Assembly: GCA_965112735.1 (NCBI GenBank) | Contig: OZ218952.1 | Coordinates: forward strand, 2,728,001 to 2,792,000 | DNA from: Phaeosaccion multiseriatum | Lineage: Eukaryota; Protista; Ochrophyta, other classes | Direction: 5' to 3' | Length of the DNA: 64,000 nucleotides | Shown: piece after piece, positions 1-13,454 of the stretch | Layout of the letters: the number at the start of each line of letters is the position of its first letter | Position numbering within the stretch: the stretch's first letter is position 1 | The notes under the pieces: generated by a model | What the model was told of the DNA's origin: nothing | Database searches by the model: none | Seen by the model: the letters and a program-made list of their open reading frames with translations, nothing else | Made by a program: the position numbers and the translations under genes

Positions 1-2225
1 GGTGGAGCCCCTTCTCCAGCGCTTGTCAGGCATGCCAGTTGGTGATACAGCAGGCATTCCTCGCCAACAAGTGCAACGAGAGAGCCTGCTGTTGCCGAGG
101 GGGCTCAGACTCAGCCTCCAGGTGGGGAGCAGGGCAGCAGCAGGAACAGGACCAGTTGGTGATACAATGGTGGGGATGGCAGCAGAGGGGATGGTAGCAG
201 AGGGGGTACACTTGGTGGTGCAGTACTATGTCAGTGAGGAAGAAGAGAGCGGGGGCGACTCCTGCTCCTCCTCTATGATGAATCGCGTATTGGATGCGTG
301 TATCCTACACAACCTCCACAATGAGCACATTGCCGGGGTGCACGTGCTCTTGGAGGAGGGGGAGGGGGAGGGGGAGAAGGAGAAGGAAGAGGCGATAAGG
401 CCCTCAGGAACACGGAGAGAAGGAGAAGGAGGCGTTGGAGGCATTGGAGCGGGCCATCCGAGTGCCGTCCGGCGAGGGGGAGGAGCGCGAGCGAGGTTAG
501 AGGGGTTGATATTCTCAGCACCACCGGGATCAGCATCATCAGCAACATTATCAGCGGCGGACCAAGAGGGAGACGAAGAGAATGAGGAAGAGAAGAAGCG
601 GAAACGCAAACGTGCCGCCATCGCGGACAAACTCTTCGTGACGCCCCTCGGCAGGAGAATGACCTTTGCTGATGCCTTTAGGTGCGTCTCTCTCTCTCCT
701 CTCTCTCTCCCCTCTCTCTCCCCTTTCTCTCTCTCGTCTCTCTTCCGCCGGTCCAGCAGCGAGTTAGTCTACCTGAAGGGGGGCGGCTATCTGTCGACCC
801 ACCTGTCTCCGTCTGTTGACTCACAAATCCCCTTCTCTCCTGCTGTTATCCTTCCTCGCCTTCTCTGCATGTGCGTGCGTCGTACTTTTGTGACTGTGTA
901 TTATACTGCATCAACCCTCCGAATGAATCAATCAACGTATGCCTTGCTGGGTTACAGGTATGCAAATACGGAGCTCGTGGGGCAAGTGGTCGTCGTCGCC
1001 AACTCAGACATCGCTTTCCTCGACGACACGTGAGTGCGTGAGTGGGGAGAGAGAGGGACAGAATTGGTGGGTGGGAGGGAGGGAGGGAGGGAGGGAGATG
1101 CGGGGAGGGGGCGGTGGGGTGGGGTGGCGTGGGTGGAAATAGCCTCTATACTCTATGCCCCATACCCCATACCCCATGCCCCATACTCTATACCCCATGT
1201 ATCCTATGCCCTTATGCTCTATTCCTTATACCTTACACCCTTTCCCCCTTGAGTATGCCTTACTACTACTATACCCGATGCCCCATGCCCGTATACCCTG
1301 TGGTGTAGACTGGGCCGCCTTGGTGACCCGGGCACCCTGGATCTGAGGAGGAAGGTGTTCGCTTTGCTGCGATGGGAGACCACGCTGCGAGGGGGGGATG
1401 AGAGGATGGCAGCTGATGGTGGTGGTGGCGATGGCGTACTGCGAAGTGTATTCGTGCCCCGCATCGATTCACAGGACTGTTGGATATTCAGGAGTCCTGT
1501 GAGTGATGTGGTGGTGAGCGAGAGCGACTTTGAGCTTGGCAGGCCCCGTTGTGACAATCGACTTGCCGCTGTGTTTGAGGATGCCGGGTATCAGGTGAGT
1601 GAGGGACGGAGGGAGGGAGGAAGGGAAGGAAGAGGGGGGGAGGGAGAGAAGGAGGGAGAGGGAGGGAGAGAGAGGGAGGGAGGAAGAGGGGGAGGGAGAG
1701 AAGGATGGAGAGGAAGAGGAAGGGCGTACTGGGAGCCACCCCAAGGGGGAGGATGCAACTTGTGTTGTGTAGCGGAGGGCATGGCAGTGGATGGGGAGAG
1801 CATGGCAGAGCATGGCAGTGGGTGGGGCTCTGGCTCTGTGTCCGGGTTGTGGTTCTCGTCAGGAAGGGAGCGCTGATTGCCCCTATGCTCACCATTGCTC
1901 TCCTCTTGCCACCTTCGTACGTGCGTGTGTGTGCGTATATGTGTGTGTGTGTGTTTGTGCCGCTTGACGCATGCCTTGTGTCCAGGTGGAGAACCCCAGC
2001 TTCTCTATTCGGAGTCATCATGTCACGTTTGAAGCAAGTCAGCAAGAGAGTGGGACTCCTGCCCCTGCTGGAGCAGCTGGGGCGCAGGGGAGTGGGGACG
2101 AAGCAGGAGGAGGAGCAGCAGCAGAGAAAGAAGGGCCTCGGCTGAAGGGGTACTCAGGACATCCCGACGAGCAGGTACAGGGCAGGACGGCTTTCGTGCG
2201 GGTTAGCGACCGCTGGCTCTTCTAG
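1..2225 (+). CDS. 5'-partial uncharacterised glycosyltransferase(GT-A)-like protein; exons ~1-681, 958-1029, 1309-1594, 1986-2225
   Basis: GT-AG introns join the motifs HLVVQYY...HNEHIAGVHVLLE...GRRMTFADAFR|YAN...VVANSDIAF...FALLRWE...DSQDCWIF...LGRPRCDNRLA...GYQ|VENPSFSIRSHH in frame. Confidence 0.6.
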
Positions 2226-2950
2226 CCTGATTTATAAGTTGCTGAGGCCTTACTTTGCAATGGACGTGGGTAAGGCTTTAAGCCACAGGGGGGGGGTTGG
2301 GGCAGGCAGGTTTAAGAGTCGCACACCCTTCCTTTCCCCTTCCGGCAGCGATGGACTTCTTTTTGTAAATTTTGTCATTTGATGTGAAGGGGTTCCCTCT
2401 TGTAACTATTCTCATGTGTGTGGTGCCACAGTGTAGTGGGGTACAGTGTTCAAGGACCAGAGGGGTGTGGTGGGAGTGGCCCACCGTGGCGGAGACGCCG
2501 ACCAAGCTCACTACCATCACGACCATGAAAGCGGTGAAACCGATGAAACCAGTGGTACGCCTCACCGAAGAGAGACACCTGCTGCCATCAGCCCTGGTCA
2601 TCTGACCAACCCCCTCACTACTAAGTCAATAATGCAAGCTCCTCCAACAGATAAGGCGTCTGCCTCTCACACGATTACGTAATTCTTACGTTGATTCCGT
2701 AAGTCAGTTGTTACATATTTTCTTCGTTGTCAGACTGGGGTGGGGGGGTGGGCGCTTTAAAAGAAAGACACCTCCTCCAGTAGACCACAAGAGAATTGGG
2801 CTTCCGTGGTCGTTGTGTACAGAATTGGGCTTCCGTGCTTGTTACAGTTACACGTCGGAGTTATAGCTCGTCCTTTTCATACCCACCACACCCGCACCCC
2901 TCCCGACGTACGCCCCTTCCTAACTCGAAGATGATGCCCACGAGGAGTGC

Positions 2951-3900
2951 TCAGGCCGTCTCGGCAGCCACCTCCCCCACCTCGATGATGGTCTCGGAGT
3001 GGAAGTCTCTCTCCTGCGGAGGTACCCTCGTACGTACCCCCCTTTGCCAAAAAGTTGGGTCGGTTGCGCGCATCAGGTCCAGGGCAGTCTGCGATGCAAA
3101 GTGCTCCCTTGCTACGGCGAGGAGGCGCTGCCTCGTATCTTCGACCTCACGGCCTATGCCACATCGCTGTAGACAGACCAGGGCAATGTCCACCGAGGCT
3201 GCGGCTGAGAGGAGCTGCGGAGCGGTCCCAAGATGGCCTCCACTGGCCGCTTTGAGCAGGGGAAGAAAGCCAAACAGGCTCAGGTACAGCCTTTTCTGCT
3301 CAGGGCATCACATGGAGAGCCTGCGCCGAGAAGACGGGCCACCACTGCCCCGTGCCCACCTTGAGCAGAAAAGTGAAGCGAAGTGGATCCAAAGGTGTCC
3401 CTAGAATCCACCTTCTCACCAGCACAGAGAAGCCGCTTCAGCTCTTCATCGTGACCTTCAAAAGAGGCCACGTGAATAGCGGTTGCACCCGTTGAGTCCG
3501 TCACACCCACGGCGGCACCGACCGAAAGAAGTTTGTCCACTATGCCTGCATGTCTATCTTGAGACGCCACAGAGAGTGGAGTCGCTCCGGTATTGTTATT
3601 CACATCTGACTTAGCCGAAAGGAGCGCCTCCACCGGCCATATGTCCATTCCACAAAGAGCGAAGTGGCCCACTGATTAGTCTTAGCATTCACATTCGCCG
3701 TGGCCGAACGCAGAGCATACACTGTTGAAAGGTGTCCCTTTTCAGACGCCATAAAGAGCGGAGTGGCCCCACTTTTAGTCATAGCATTCATATTCGCCGT
3801 GGCCGAACGCAGAGCATGCACTGTTGAAAGGTGTCCCTTTTCAGACGCCATAAAGAGAGAGAAAGCGGAGTGAACCTTTAAGGACCCGCTGAGTCCACAT
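2951..3900 (-). pseudogene. Degraded, intronless ankyrin-repeat gene
   Basis: Ankyrin motifs (GATPLFMASEKGHLSTV, GATPLSVASQDRH, GSTSLHFSAQGGH) are split across frames (ORFs 3600-3851 and 3280-3672) and interrupted by stops. A near-identical 99-bp unit is duplicated at ~3678-3857. Confidence 0.7.
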
Positions 3901-4252
3901 GGACACCGGCTGACATGAGACAGTCCAAGACGTCTACTCGACCAAGGTCAACCGCGAGGGTCATCGCGGTGCACCCCTTCCCTTTTCTCCCACTCTAGGC
4001 CAGGGGGGAGGGAGAAGGGAGAAAAAATCACCTTGGTCCTCACCCCTCCCTCACTTCGTCACTACAGTTGCTGTGCCTTGCGGGTTGGTTGACCCTCCCC
4101 GCGCATATTTTACCAGCGCTTTTCCGATCCTTTTCCTAAGTGAAGTGCTCGGAGCCGATTTTGAAGTCAAGGAATGGGGTACGCAACCTCTCCCTCTTTC
4201 CCTCTCTCTCTCACTCTCTTCTATTCTCTGTGCATACGCTTGCTCGCCTACC

Positions 4253-6436
4253 ATGGCAGCCCGCGTGCGTACTGGGATCCACTTCGTAAGAAGAGGGGTG
4301 GCAACACGTGCGGGTACGCGAGGCGGCGAGGGAGCAAGGTCGCGCCTGAGCGTATGTCTCCGACCAGGCTCCCGACAAGGCTCAGCTTCTCACCAAGTAT
4401 CGTCGTCGAGAAGGTACAGGAGCAGCATCAGTGGGAGCCGTGGAAGTACCAGCGCCTCTTTGGATGGCACAGGATGCCTCCTCAATAGCAGCAGTAGGAG
4501 AGAGATGAATCCTCGGCGATGCATGCAGACCGCGGCAGCAGCAGCCTCCACCTCAAGGTTCACGCCGTCGGCTGCTTCATGGCCAGCTCGCTCGTATTCC
4601 CCAACGCCTCGAGTGGGTAGCTCCACGCGAGGACTGGCTAGAGGAGGAGATCAAAGTAGGGGGCTAACATCGTTACGGTGGGCAGCAGCAGTACGAGCAG
4701 AAGCAGCAGCGGCCCAGGCCTCCCCTCTCCTGCTGGAGCAGCCGGGGCGAAGGAGGGTAACTGGGAGCCTATTACGGCACATGAGTAAGACCTCCACCGA
4801 GGGCGAGGGAGACGAAAAGGAGAAGGAGGGTGGTGAAGATGGGGCTGCTGGAGGGGAGGGAAGCAGCGAAGTTGCCAAGATGGAAAAGATGAAGGAGAAG
4901 GCCCACGAGGAAGTCCCTCCGGTGCCAGAGGAGATGGAGACGGAGGAGGAGCCGCCCCACCACCACCTTCGTCTGCCCGAGATTACCCATGTAAGAACAT
5001 CCTTTCTGGGGCTTATTCCTCCCCCCTCTCCCCCGCACACTCCGCGGTCGGCCTTTCCTCTCAGGCCACTCTCGCTCCCCTCCCACCACCTCTCACTCCC
5101 TCCCTCCGTCCGTCTCTCTGAACAGGACACTCACTTCGGTGACGTGGCTCAGTGGCTGGTGGAGGAGGGGCAGCACATCTCTATCGGGGACCACCTCGTG
5201 GAGCTAGACTACGACATGGTACGCAATGGTACATACAAGCAAAGGCACATGGTTGCTTTCCTTTAGTGAACCATAAGAGGTCTCTATTTCGTTCGTCAGT
5301 CACCAAGCGAGGGGGTCAGCTTGCCCTTACCTTAGTCTTTATCAGTCCAAGAAGAAGGGGGTTGATGCTTTGCCAGCTTCAGTTACATGGCCCTCATGTC
5401 TTCCTCCCCCCCCCCCTCCCCAACGCTCCAACAGTTCTCCATTCAGCTTGACGCAGAGGAGGCGGGATACGTGGCCAAGATACGTACGTCGTGTGTCAGC
5501 TGATCACTCCTTATGACTCCTCCCCACTCGTTGTGACGTGCTCACTCCTTGTGACTTCCCCCCGTGTCTCTCTCTTCTCTCTCCCTCTCTCACACACACT
5601 CAACCACACACTCAATCAGACGTGGCTGGGAAGGAGAAAGACATCCCCGTGGGCACCGCTCTGGCCACCATAGTGCCGAATGAGGAGGACATGCAGTACT
5701 TTAACCCCGTCCAGGAGGAGGAGGAGGAGAAGCAGAAGGGGGACGGGGAGGGAGAGGAGGAGACGCCGCTGATCGATAAGGAGGATCGAAAGGGTGCCAT
5801 GCGAGCCATCTCCAAGCTGCTCAAGGACGGCGCCCTGTCAGAAAGTAAGCAGTTTGTTGGTTGGCTTGGTTAGGGGCTTGGTTGGTTAGTTGGTTGGTTG
5901 GTTGGTTATTCAGCAGGAGCAGGTGGTTGGTTGGTTGGTCGCTTGGTTAGTTAGTTAGTTGGTTGGTTGGTTGGTTGGTTGGTTGGGTAGTTCGGTGGTT
6001 GGTTGGTTGGTTGGGTGGTTGGTTGGTTGGGTGGTTGGGTGGTTGGTTAGTTCGTTGATTACTCATGTGAGCTCACATCTCTGATCTCGTTTTGAACGAC
6101 CCCTCTCATTCATCTCTTCCCGCTCTTCCCTTCGCTCTCCCTCCCTCACTCCCTCCCTCGCTCCCTCCGTCCCTCGCTCCCTCCCCTCCCTCCCCTCCCT
6201 CCCTCCCTCCCACCACTCTGTCTTAAGTTGCTGCCAATGACTTGCTGAAGCTTGCCCGGCAGAGTGATACGGAGTTTTACAATGCCTACGATGGATGTTT
6301 CGATGGCAATGTGTACAAGGAGGAGGATTTTGACTTCACCATCTTCAAGCTTCAGGTCACAGAACTCCTAGAGGATAGGAAGATAAGCAAGGAGGAGGAG
6401 GAGGAAAAGGAGAAGGAGAAGGAGGAGAAGGCATAG
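4253..6436 (+). CDS. Probable mitochondrial protein with one lipoyl/biotinyl-attachment-like domain (5 inferred exons)
   Basis: Arg-rich N-terminus. The spliced sequence LRLPEITH|[31 protein letters not shown]|[16 protein letters not shown]|[19 protein letters not shown] follows the PDH E2 lipoyl-domain pattern. Confidence 0.7.
5860..6060. repeat. (GGTT)n intronic microsatellite
   Basis: Directly visible. Confidence 0.9.
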
Positions 6437-7597
6437 GCAAGAGAGAGCAGGCAAGGAGGTGGAGCAAATCATAACCAAAAAGGGAAGGAAGGCACGCAAG
6501 GCGGAGAAGGAGGAGGAGATTGAGAAAAGCAGAAGCAAAGGGAGGGAGGGAAGTTGCCCACCAGTTTTGGCCCCGTCAAGAGCAACAGCACCACCGGCAC
6601 CACCCTAACCTGAAAGCTACAGCAGCAGGCAGGAGGAGGAAGAGAAGGAGAAGGAGGGTCAGAGGAGGAGAAGAAAGAAGAGAGGGCGAGAGCTTACCAG
6701 TATGATGGGAGCTGCGACATGGACTAGGCCCATGCACATCCTTCGGCGGGCTTGTGTGCAAAGAGAGGAGTACGAAGGAGCGAACGCTTTTGAGCATGTA
6801 CATACATTGAAGCACTCAACGCAACTATGAATTTTAATTCCATGTACCTGTTCTTCCTTCTTGTCTGTCTTCTTCTCCCTTCTTCGAGGACATGTGTGTG
6901 TGTGTGTGCGCGCTTTCTGAGCGTCTCCGTTTCTCAATGAGGTGCGGGGCTGTTGAGTGAGGCACTCATTCGAGTGTTCGAGTGGGGGAGGATGTGCGGG
7001 GTCTTGGCATGTGTGGCCTGTCCCCACCCCCCCCCCCAGCCACCGAGATTCAAATGTCAAACAAGGGCGCTCTCTTTACACAGGGAAGCTTCCTCATGTT
7101 AGAAAAGCTTTCCAGTTGGCCAAAACGGGTTCAGGAGTGACCGATTACCCCAGCCCATCTCGACATTTCTGCCTACTTAACTTTACGTAAGTGAGCCCAT
7201 CCCACCTTCACCACATGCCTGCTGTGTGTGTGTGTATGTGTGTGATGTAGCCTTTCGCTTCATGTGATCAATAATATATACAATATATAACACTTATTTA
7301 TGCACAGACGAGCGGAGAGAGAGATATACACCGCGCGTCCTACACAGGTGAGCAGACAAGAGGCCCAGAGCACCTCTGAGCACGGGCCAATTCGCAAACA
7401 GACCTTCCAAAGGTCTGCTCATCGAGTTGCCGGCTTGCCTGCGTGCTCGCCTATCCCTATCCTCGAAATGACAACAAACAATACCAAGACGCAACTGCTA
7501 CTGCTACTACTACTAGACCAGCAGCCCCTTCCCCGCTCCAGCCATCCATCCTCCATCATAGCTCCTGTCGCCATCATCCCCACCACCACCCTCCTCA

Positions 7598-9525
7598 TCA
7601 TCTGTTGTGCCGCCGCAGCTGCGACAAGTCCCTCTCCCACAGCTCCTCCCCCTCCCCTCCCTCCTCCCCAACCACACCGGACACTTGCCGCGGGTTCAAT
7701 GCCGTGGGGGCGGCAGGGAGGCCCAGCTTTTGCCGCATCTCCCCCTCCAACCGGCCCGGTATGACCACGAAGCCATTGCTTGCAATAAGGCCCTTCTCCT
7801 TGCTGTTCTTGTTCGTGCTATTGTCGCGAAGGGCGCCTGATCGTACCATGATCTCGTGCCTGGAGGTCATGGCGATGGGTAGGAAGGCATCCACTACGCA
7901 GCCGCTGTTGAGGTAGTCGGCTATGGCTCGCTCGCCGCGCCACCACAGGGAGCCGCGGTTGCCGTTGAGGAGTGAACCGCCAGTGTTGAGGGCACCCGCC
8001 GCCAATTGGGCTTGGAGAGTAGTGCTGGGGCTTGTGCTGGTGTTGGCCTTCTTCTTCTTGTCGTCGTTGTTGTTGCTGATATAGCTCTTGAGGGAGGAGG
8101 AGGCGGCGGACTGTTTCTTCAGCTCGGCCAAGGCCGTCTTATTGAGGGTCGCCCATCCGTCGTCCTATGAGGCGTGATGGATGAATTGATCGATTCGCAC
8201 GGCAGGCAGGCAAGGAGGCAGAGAGAGGGCAGACAGGTGGGCACTTTAGGGAAGCGGGCAGGGGCAACACAACACGGGGTAAAACGTGTGTCCTTTTGGT
8301 GATATGAGGGACTACTCGTCCTCTTAACGGAAGTGTGGCCTCCCACCCACCTACCCTCCTACCCTCCTCTCCCTCCCTCCCACCCACCTTCCACCCCCTC
8401 TCCCGCTCCCTCCCTCCCTCCCCCCCATCCCTCCCCCCCTCCCTTCCTCCCTCCCACCAACCTACCCCCCTCCTACCCCCTACTCACCCAAAAGTCGAAG
8501 GAGTGTTCCATCCAGGTCCAGTGCAGCTCCTCTCCCAGTGGCCACACCACCGCTGGCTCTCCCCACAGGGCTGCTGCCCGTCTGTCCGTGGTGACCACGT
8601 GAGCGGTTGCGGGTCGGGCCTGAGCTTCAAAGCCCGGCCCTTGCAGTGCCTCGTCCAGCAGAGCGAAGTACTCAGCTGCCTCTTTGCTGTCGTAGGTCTG
8701 TTGCGGTGAGAGGAAGAGCAGAGGTGGGGCGTGTGTGTGTGCGTTTGCACCATTCGGTCAGGGAGGAGGTAGGCATCAGGTGCGTGACGCGCCAGAGCCA
8801 AGGCCAGGGCCAGGCGAGGAAGAAGAAGAGCATGGTGATGATGATCAAGGACAAGGAAAATAGACACGATACACAGAGTAGCGAAGCGCGGTGTAAAGAG
8901 TTCTCGGCTCTGTTACTTGCGCACTCACCTCGGGGAGTAACAGGTCGGGCTCCTCTACCACGAAGGTAGTCTCGTCGCTTGGTGAGGAGGAGGAGTCTTC
9001 CCCTCGATAGAAAACCTCCCCACCTGCGCAGAAGAATTTGTTTCAGCAGCGGTTGAATAAGGGCAACCGCAGACCTATGCTCTCCTCACGACAAACGATT
9101 CGAGCAATTCAGCAGCAACGTAGGTAGGTACCTGAATCGAGTGAGGCGCCTAATGCGCTCTGGCCATGCTCTTGCACCAAAGCCACCGCCTCGTCGAGTG
9201 TCAGCCCTACTCGACCTGCTGGCGCGGACGAGGAGAGCTCGCGGCGTACCTTGGCGAGGGCCGTCTTCGCTTTCGCGCTGGCCGCTCCGTCCGACGCTGG
9301 AGCAGCTGGCGCGAGGACAAGCGCAGGAGAAACGGCCAGTGCCGCAGTAGCAGCAGACGAGAAGAAGCCTCGTCGGCTATGGGTCGTGCTCGCTGACGCC
9401 CCTCCCTCCCTCCCTCTTGCTCGCTCCAAGGCCATCGTGGTCGTCGAAAAGCTCGCACATCGTTCCTGAAGCAGCGCAGCCACCAGCGTGACCACGTGGA
9501 GCCCCCTCCCCCGCTTGAAACCCAT
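7598..9525 (-). CDS. Plastid/thylakoid-lumen-targeted uncharacterised protein, possible ADP-ribosyltransferase-like fold; exons ~9525-9132, 9023-8929, 8697-8489, ~8165-7598 (3' end uncertain)
   Basis: Signal peptide ...RCAS-F, then a twin-arginine SRRGFF and a hydrophobic stretch. GT-AG exons give GEVFYRGE...PDLLLPE|TYDSKEAAEYFALLDEAL...AHVVTTDRRAAALWGEPAVVWPLG...WTWMEHSFDFW. Confidence 0.6.
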
Positions 9526-10574
9526 GCTCTCTCACGAACTGACTCCCCTCCGTTCCCTGGATCGGGCGCAGCGAGGTCAAACCAAAAAATAATAGTAAAA
9601 TCGTTGCCATCCGATGCCATCCGTGATAATACCCAAGGGGGTTGGCTTCCACCCCGGGTCATATCGAGTAGCGAACGCAGGCCTAGCCCACACTTAACGT
9701 GCCAGCGGGTGAGTGAGAGAGGGCGGAGGGCGGGGAGAAGGGCAAATTGGGGGAGGAGAGGTGGGGGTGAGCTGGTGCACAGGTTGCGGCCGGGAAGGTG
9801 CCCGGGTTTGTTGGTTTGGAGGTGGATTCAGGGAAGGAACAGCATAGAAATGGAACCAGCGCGGAACGGGAGAAGAGCGTTGGGGGGTAGAGCAAGAACA
9901 GGGGGGAAGGGTCGGAGAGATTGTTGTACACGATGGGGCTATTGTGGTAGGCTCGTCTGGTAGGGGTGCGGTCGGGGAGGGAGGGCGAGAAGAGTTTTCC
10001 AGTGAAAACGACGTATCCATCGTTTTTTTTGCGGGCTGGATAGGGGCGCGAGGAATAGGGACGGGGCAGGGGGTGGGGGGCGACTCATGGGAGAGGCAAG
10101 GGGGATAAGGACTGAAGTCAGCCTCCGGAGGAGCCCTGATGCGTGAGAACGTGGGCGTGTAGTGTATCGCAGAAAAGGGGAGGGGGATCTGACCTGTAGA
10201 CCAGGCCTCCTCATTCGTTCCCCAATACCTTGCTCACTCCTGGCAAGCGTGGCTGCCGAAAGGATGGAATCTATTGGAGAATCAAGCGGGCATGCAGTCT
10301 GCTGCCTTTGCTCGTCTGCAGTGCGGTTTTTCCTTTTGCCACGTTTTGTCTCTCTCCAGGACTCTGGGTTGTTCCCCGATCCCGCCCCCCCCCCAAACTC
10401 TGGTCTCTAACTGTGATCCTTCTTCCTCCTGCCGATTTCTGCCTCCTCTTGTACCAAACCACTGCTCTTGCCCTCTCCCATGATCGCAGATACCCAACGC
10501 GAACACAAACACTCGGATCAGTTCCAACCAGGCCCAGTTTAAGAGGGTAGATCGACCATTGCATCAAAGCGTAG

Positions 10575-11773
<1,199 letters not shown>

Positions 11774-13454
11774 CTAGGAGGCGTTTCAGGTGTTTCAGAG
11801 GCCTCTTCCGGAGGCGACCTGAGATGGCACTGGAGGGAAGGAGCAGAGAGCAGAGAGGGAGAGAGAGGGGACACGCAATAAGAGTATATACCCATCGATG
11901 GATGCTCACCCCTCCAGGAAATATATCTGCGGCCAGTGGTGGGTAGCAGTGGATGGCAGTGGATGGCAGCTTGGACTCTTGGAGTCCGACGAGCGGGGCA
12001 GCTGCTGCGCCCTGCTGAAAAATTGTACGAATTTTTTATGGTAGGGGGGAGGGTGGGGGGGGGGGGGGGGGGTTGGTTGGGCATGGAGGAGGAGAAGGAG
12101 GAGGGAGTCAGTTTTGTTGGGGGTCGTGGGGAGGAGGACATATTTCGGAGGGACAGTCATGTTTAGGAGAAGGTGACGCCTACGCGAGGGGGGGGGGGGG
12201 GGACGGAAGGTGGATGCGAAGGACGAACTTGCGCTTGTGCAGCACGGGAGGAGTTTTTTGCTCGTCAGTTCGGCCACCGCGCCACCAAAGCAGCGCAACT
12301 ACGGAGGGATGTGAGAGCAGCTGAGCAGAGCAGAGGGCCCGTCGATCTTGATCGGAGGGAGGTCGGTTGGTCGGTCGGTGTTGGTCGTTGCTTCTGTAGC
12401 AGCAGGGCAAGGCAGGCGCATGGTGTGGGGTGTGTGTCTCCCCCCCCCCCTCTAGGCTGCGACGCTTTGAGGGAAGGTGGAGAATAGCTGCTTGATGGTC
12501 TCAACCAACAAGAGAAGGAGGAAATGATTCATCATTTCCCCTTCTCATCCCCCTTTTGTGCTGCCGTGACACCCTTAAGATGAAGAGTAATGAGGACGCA
12601 TTCCCCCCCCCCAATTTCATTTCTCGCCCTTCTCGTTTCAGTTATCAGTCGGCTCGTGAAAAGCAACCGAAGAGGCCTCACTGAGTCACTGTCCACCCAG
12701 CGCCCCCAAAGTCCCAAGTGATGTGAGAGGGTGGCCCTCTTTCGGACACAAAACTAAGATGGGGTGTTTTTTCTTTTCCCTGTATTTCATTTCTATTCAT
12801 GTCAATTCTAAATTGGTATCATCGGGCTTGTTTGGTCCTGTGCGACTTCTCACAAAGTCGAGACGGAGGCGAACAAAGCAGCGCAGAGCAGAGGAGGAAG
12901 GGAAGCCTCACAATACCCCACCCTCACGGAGGTCGATACTCCAGCAGATGACAGACGACGCGCCCTTGCTGTTGTCTGGCGGACCACGCCGAGGCCCTGC
13001 AAGGTGGAGGCGTTCTTGTGGAGCTTCCCTTCGCTTACCCCACCACCCTCGGCCCTAACAGGCTGGCACAGCACATCGTTTCAGCGTGTGAAGGGTGGGA
13101 GGTGCACACTCACACCCCACACACCCTTACGAGTGGTCACAACGGGATGCTTCGAGCCATACATACACATAGCTTTTCTCATATGCCGGCCAACAGCTGC
13201 TGTGCCATGTCCGTGTGTTCCTCGTGGCGTTTCCGAAACGCCTCTGCCCTCCGCACCGCCCGCCCGACCGCCCGCGAAGGTACTCCCTTCCCTTCTCCTG
13301 TCCTGTCATCCGTCGGCGAGGACCGAAGCTTTGAAGATTCCGAGTCTCTTTCTCGCTTCTTCTATCCGACCGTCTGTCAGTCCCCCCTCCTCCTCCTCCT
13401 CTCAGAAAAGGAGAGGAGTAAGGGGGGGCGCTGGGGAGGATGGGAAGTGGCTCC

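Noticed and set aside
11900-13450. Additional small genes between ARF1 and the FtsH-like gene
   Set aside because: I found no recognisable motifs and could not build a consistent exon chain.
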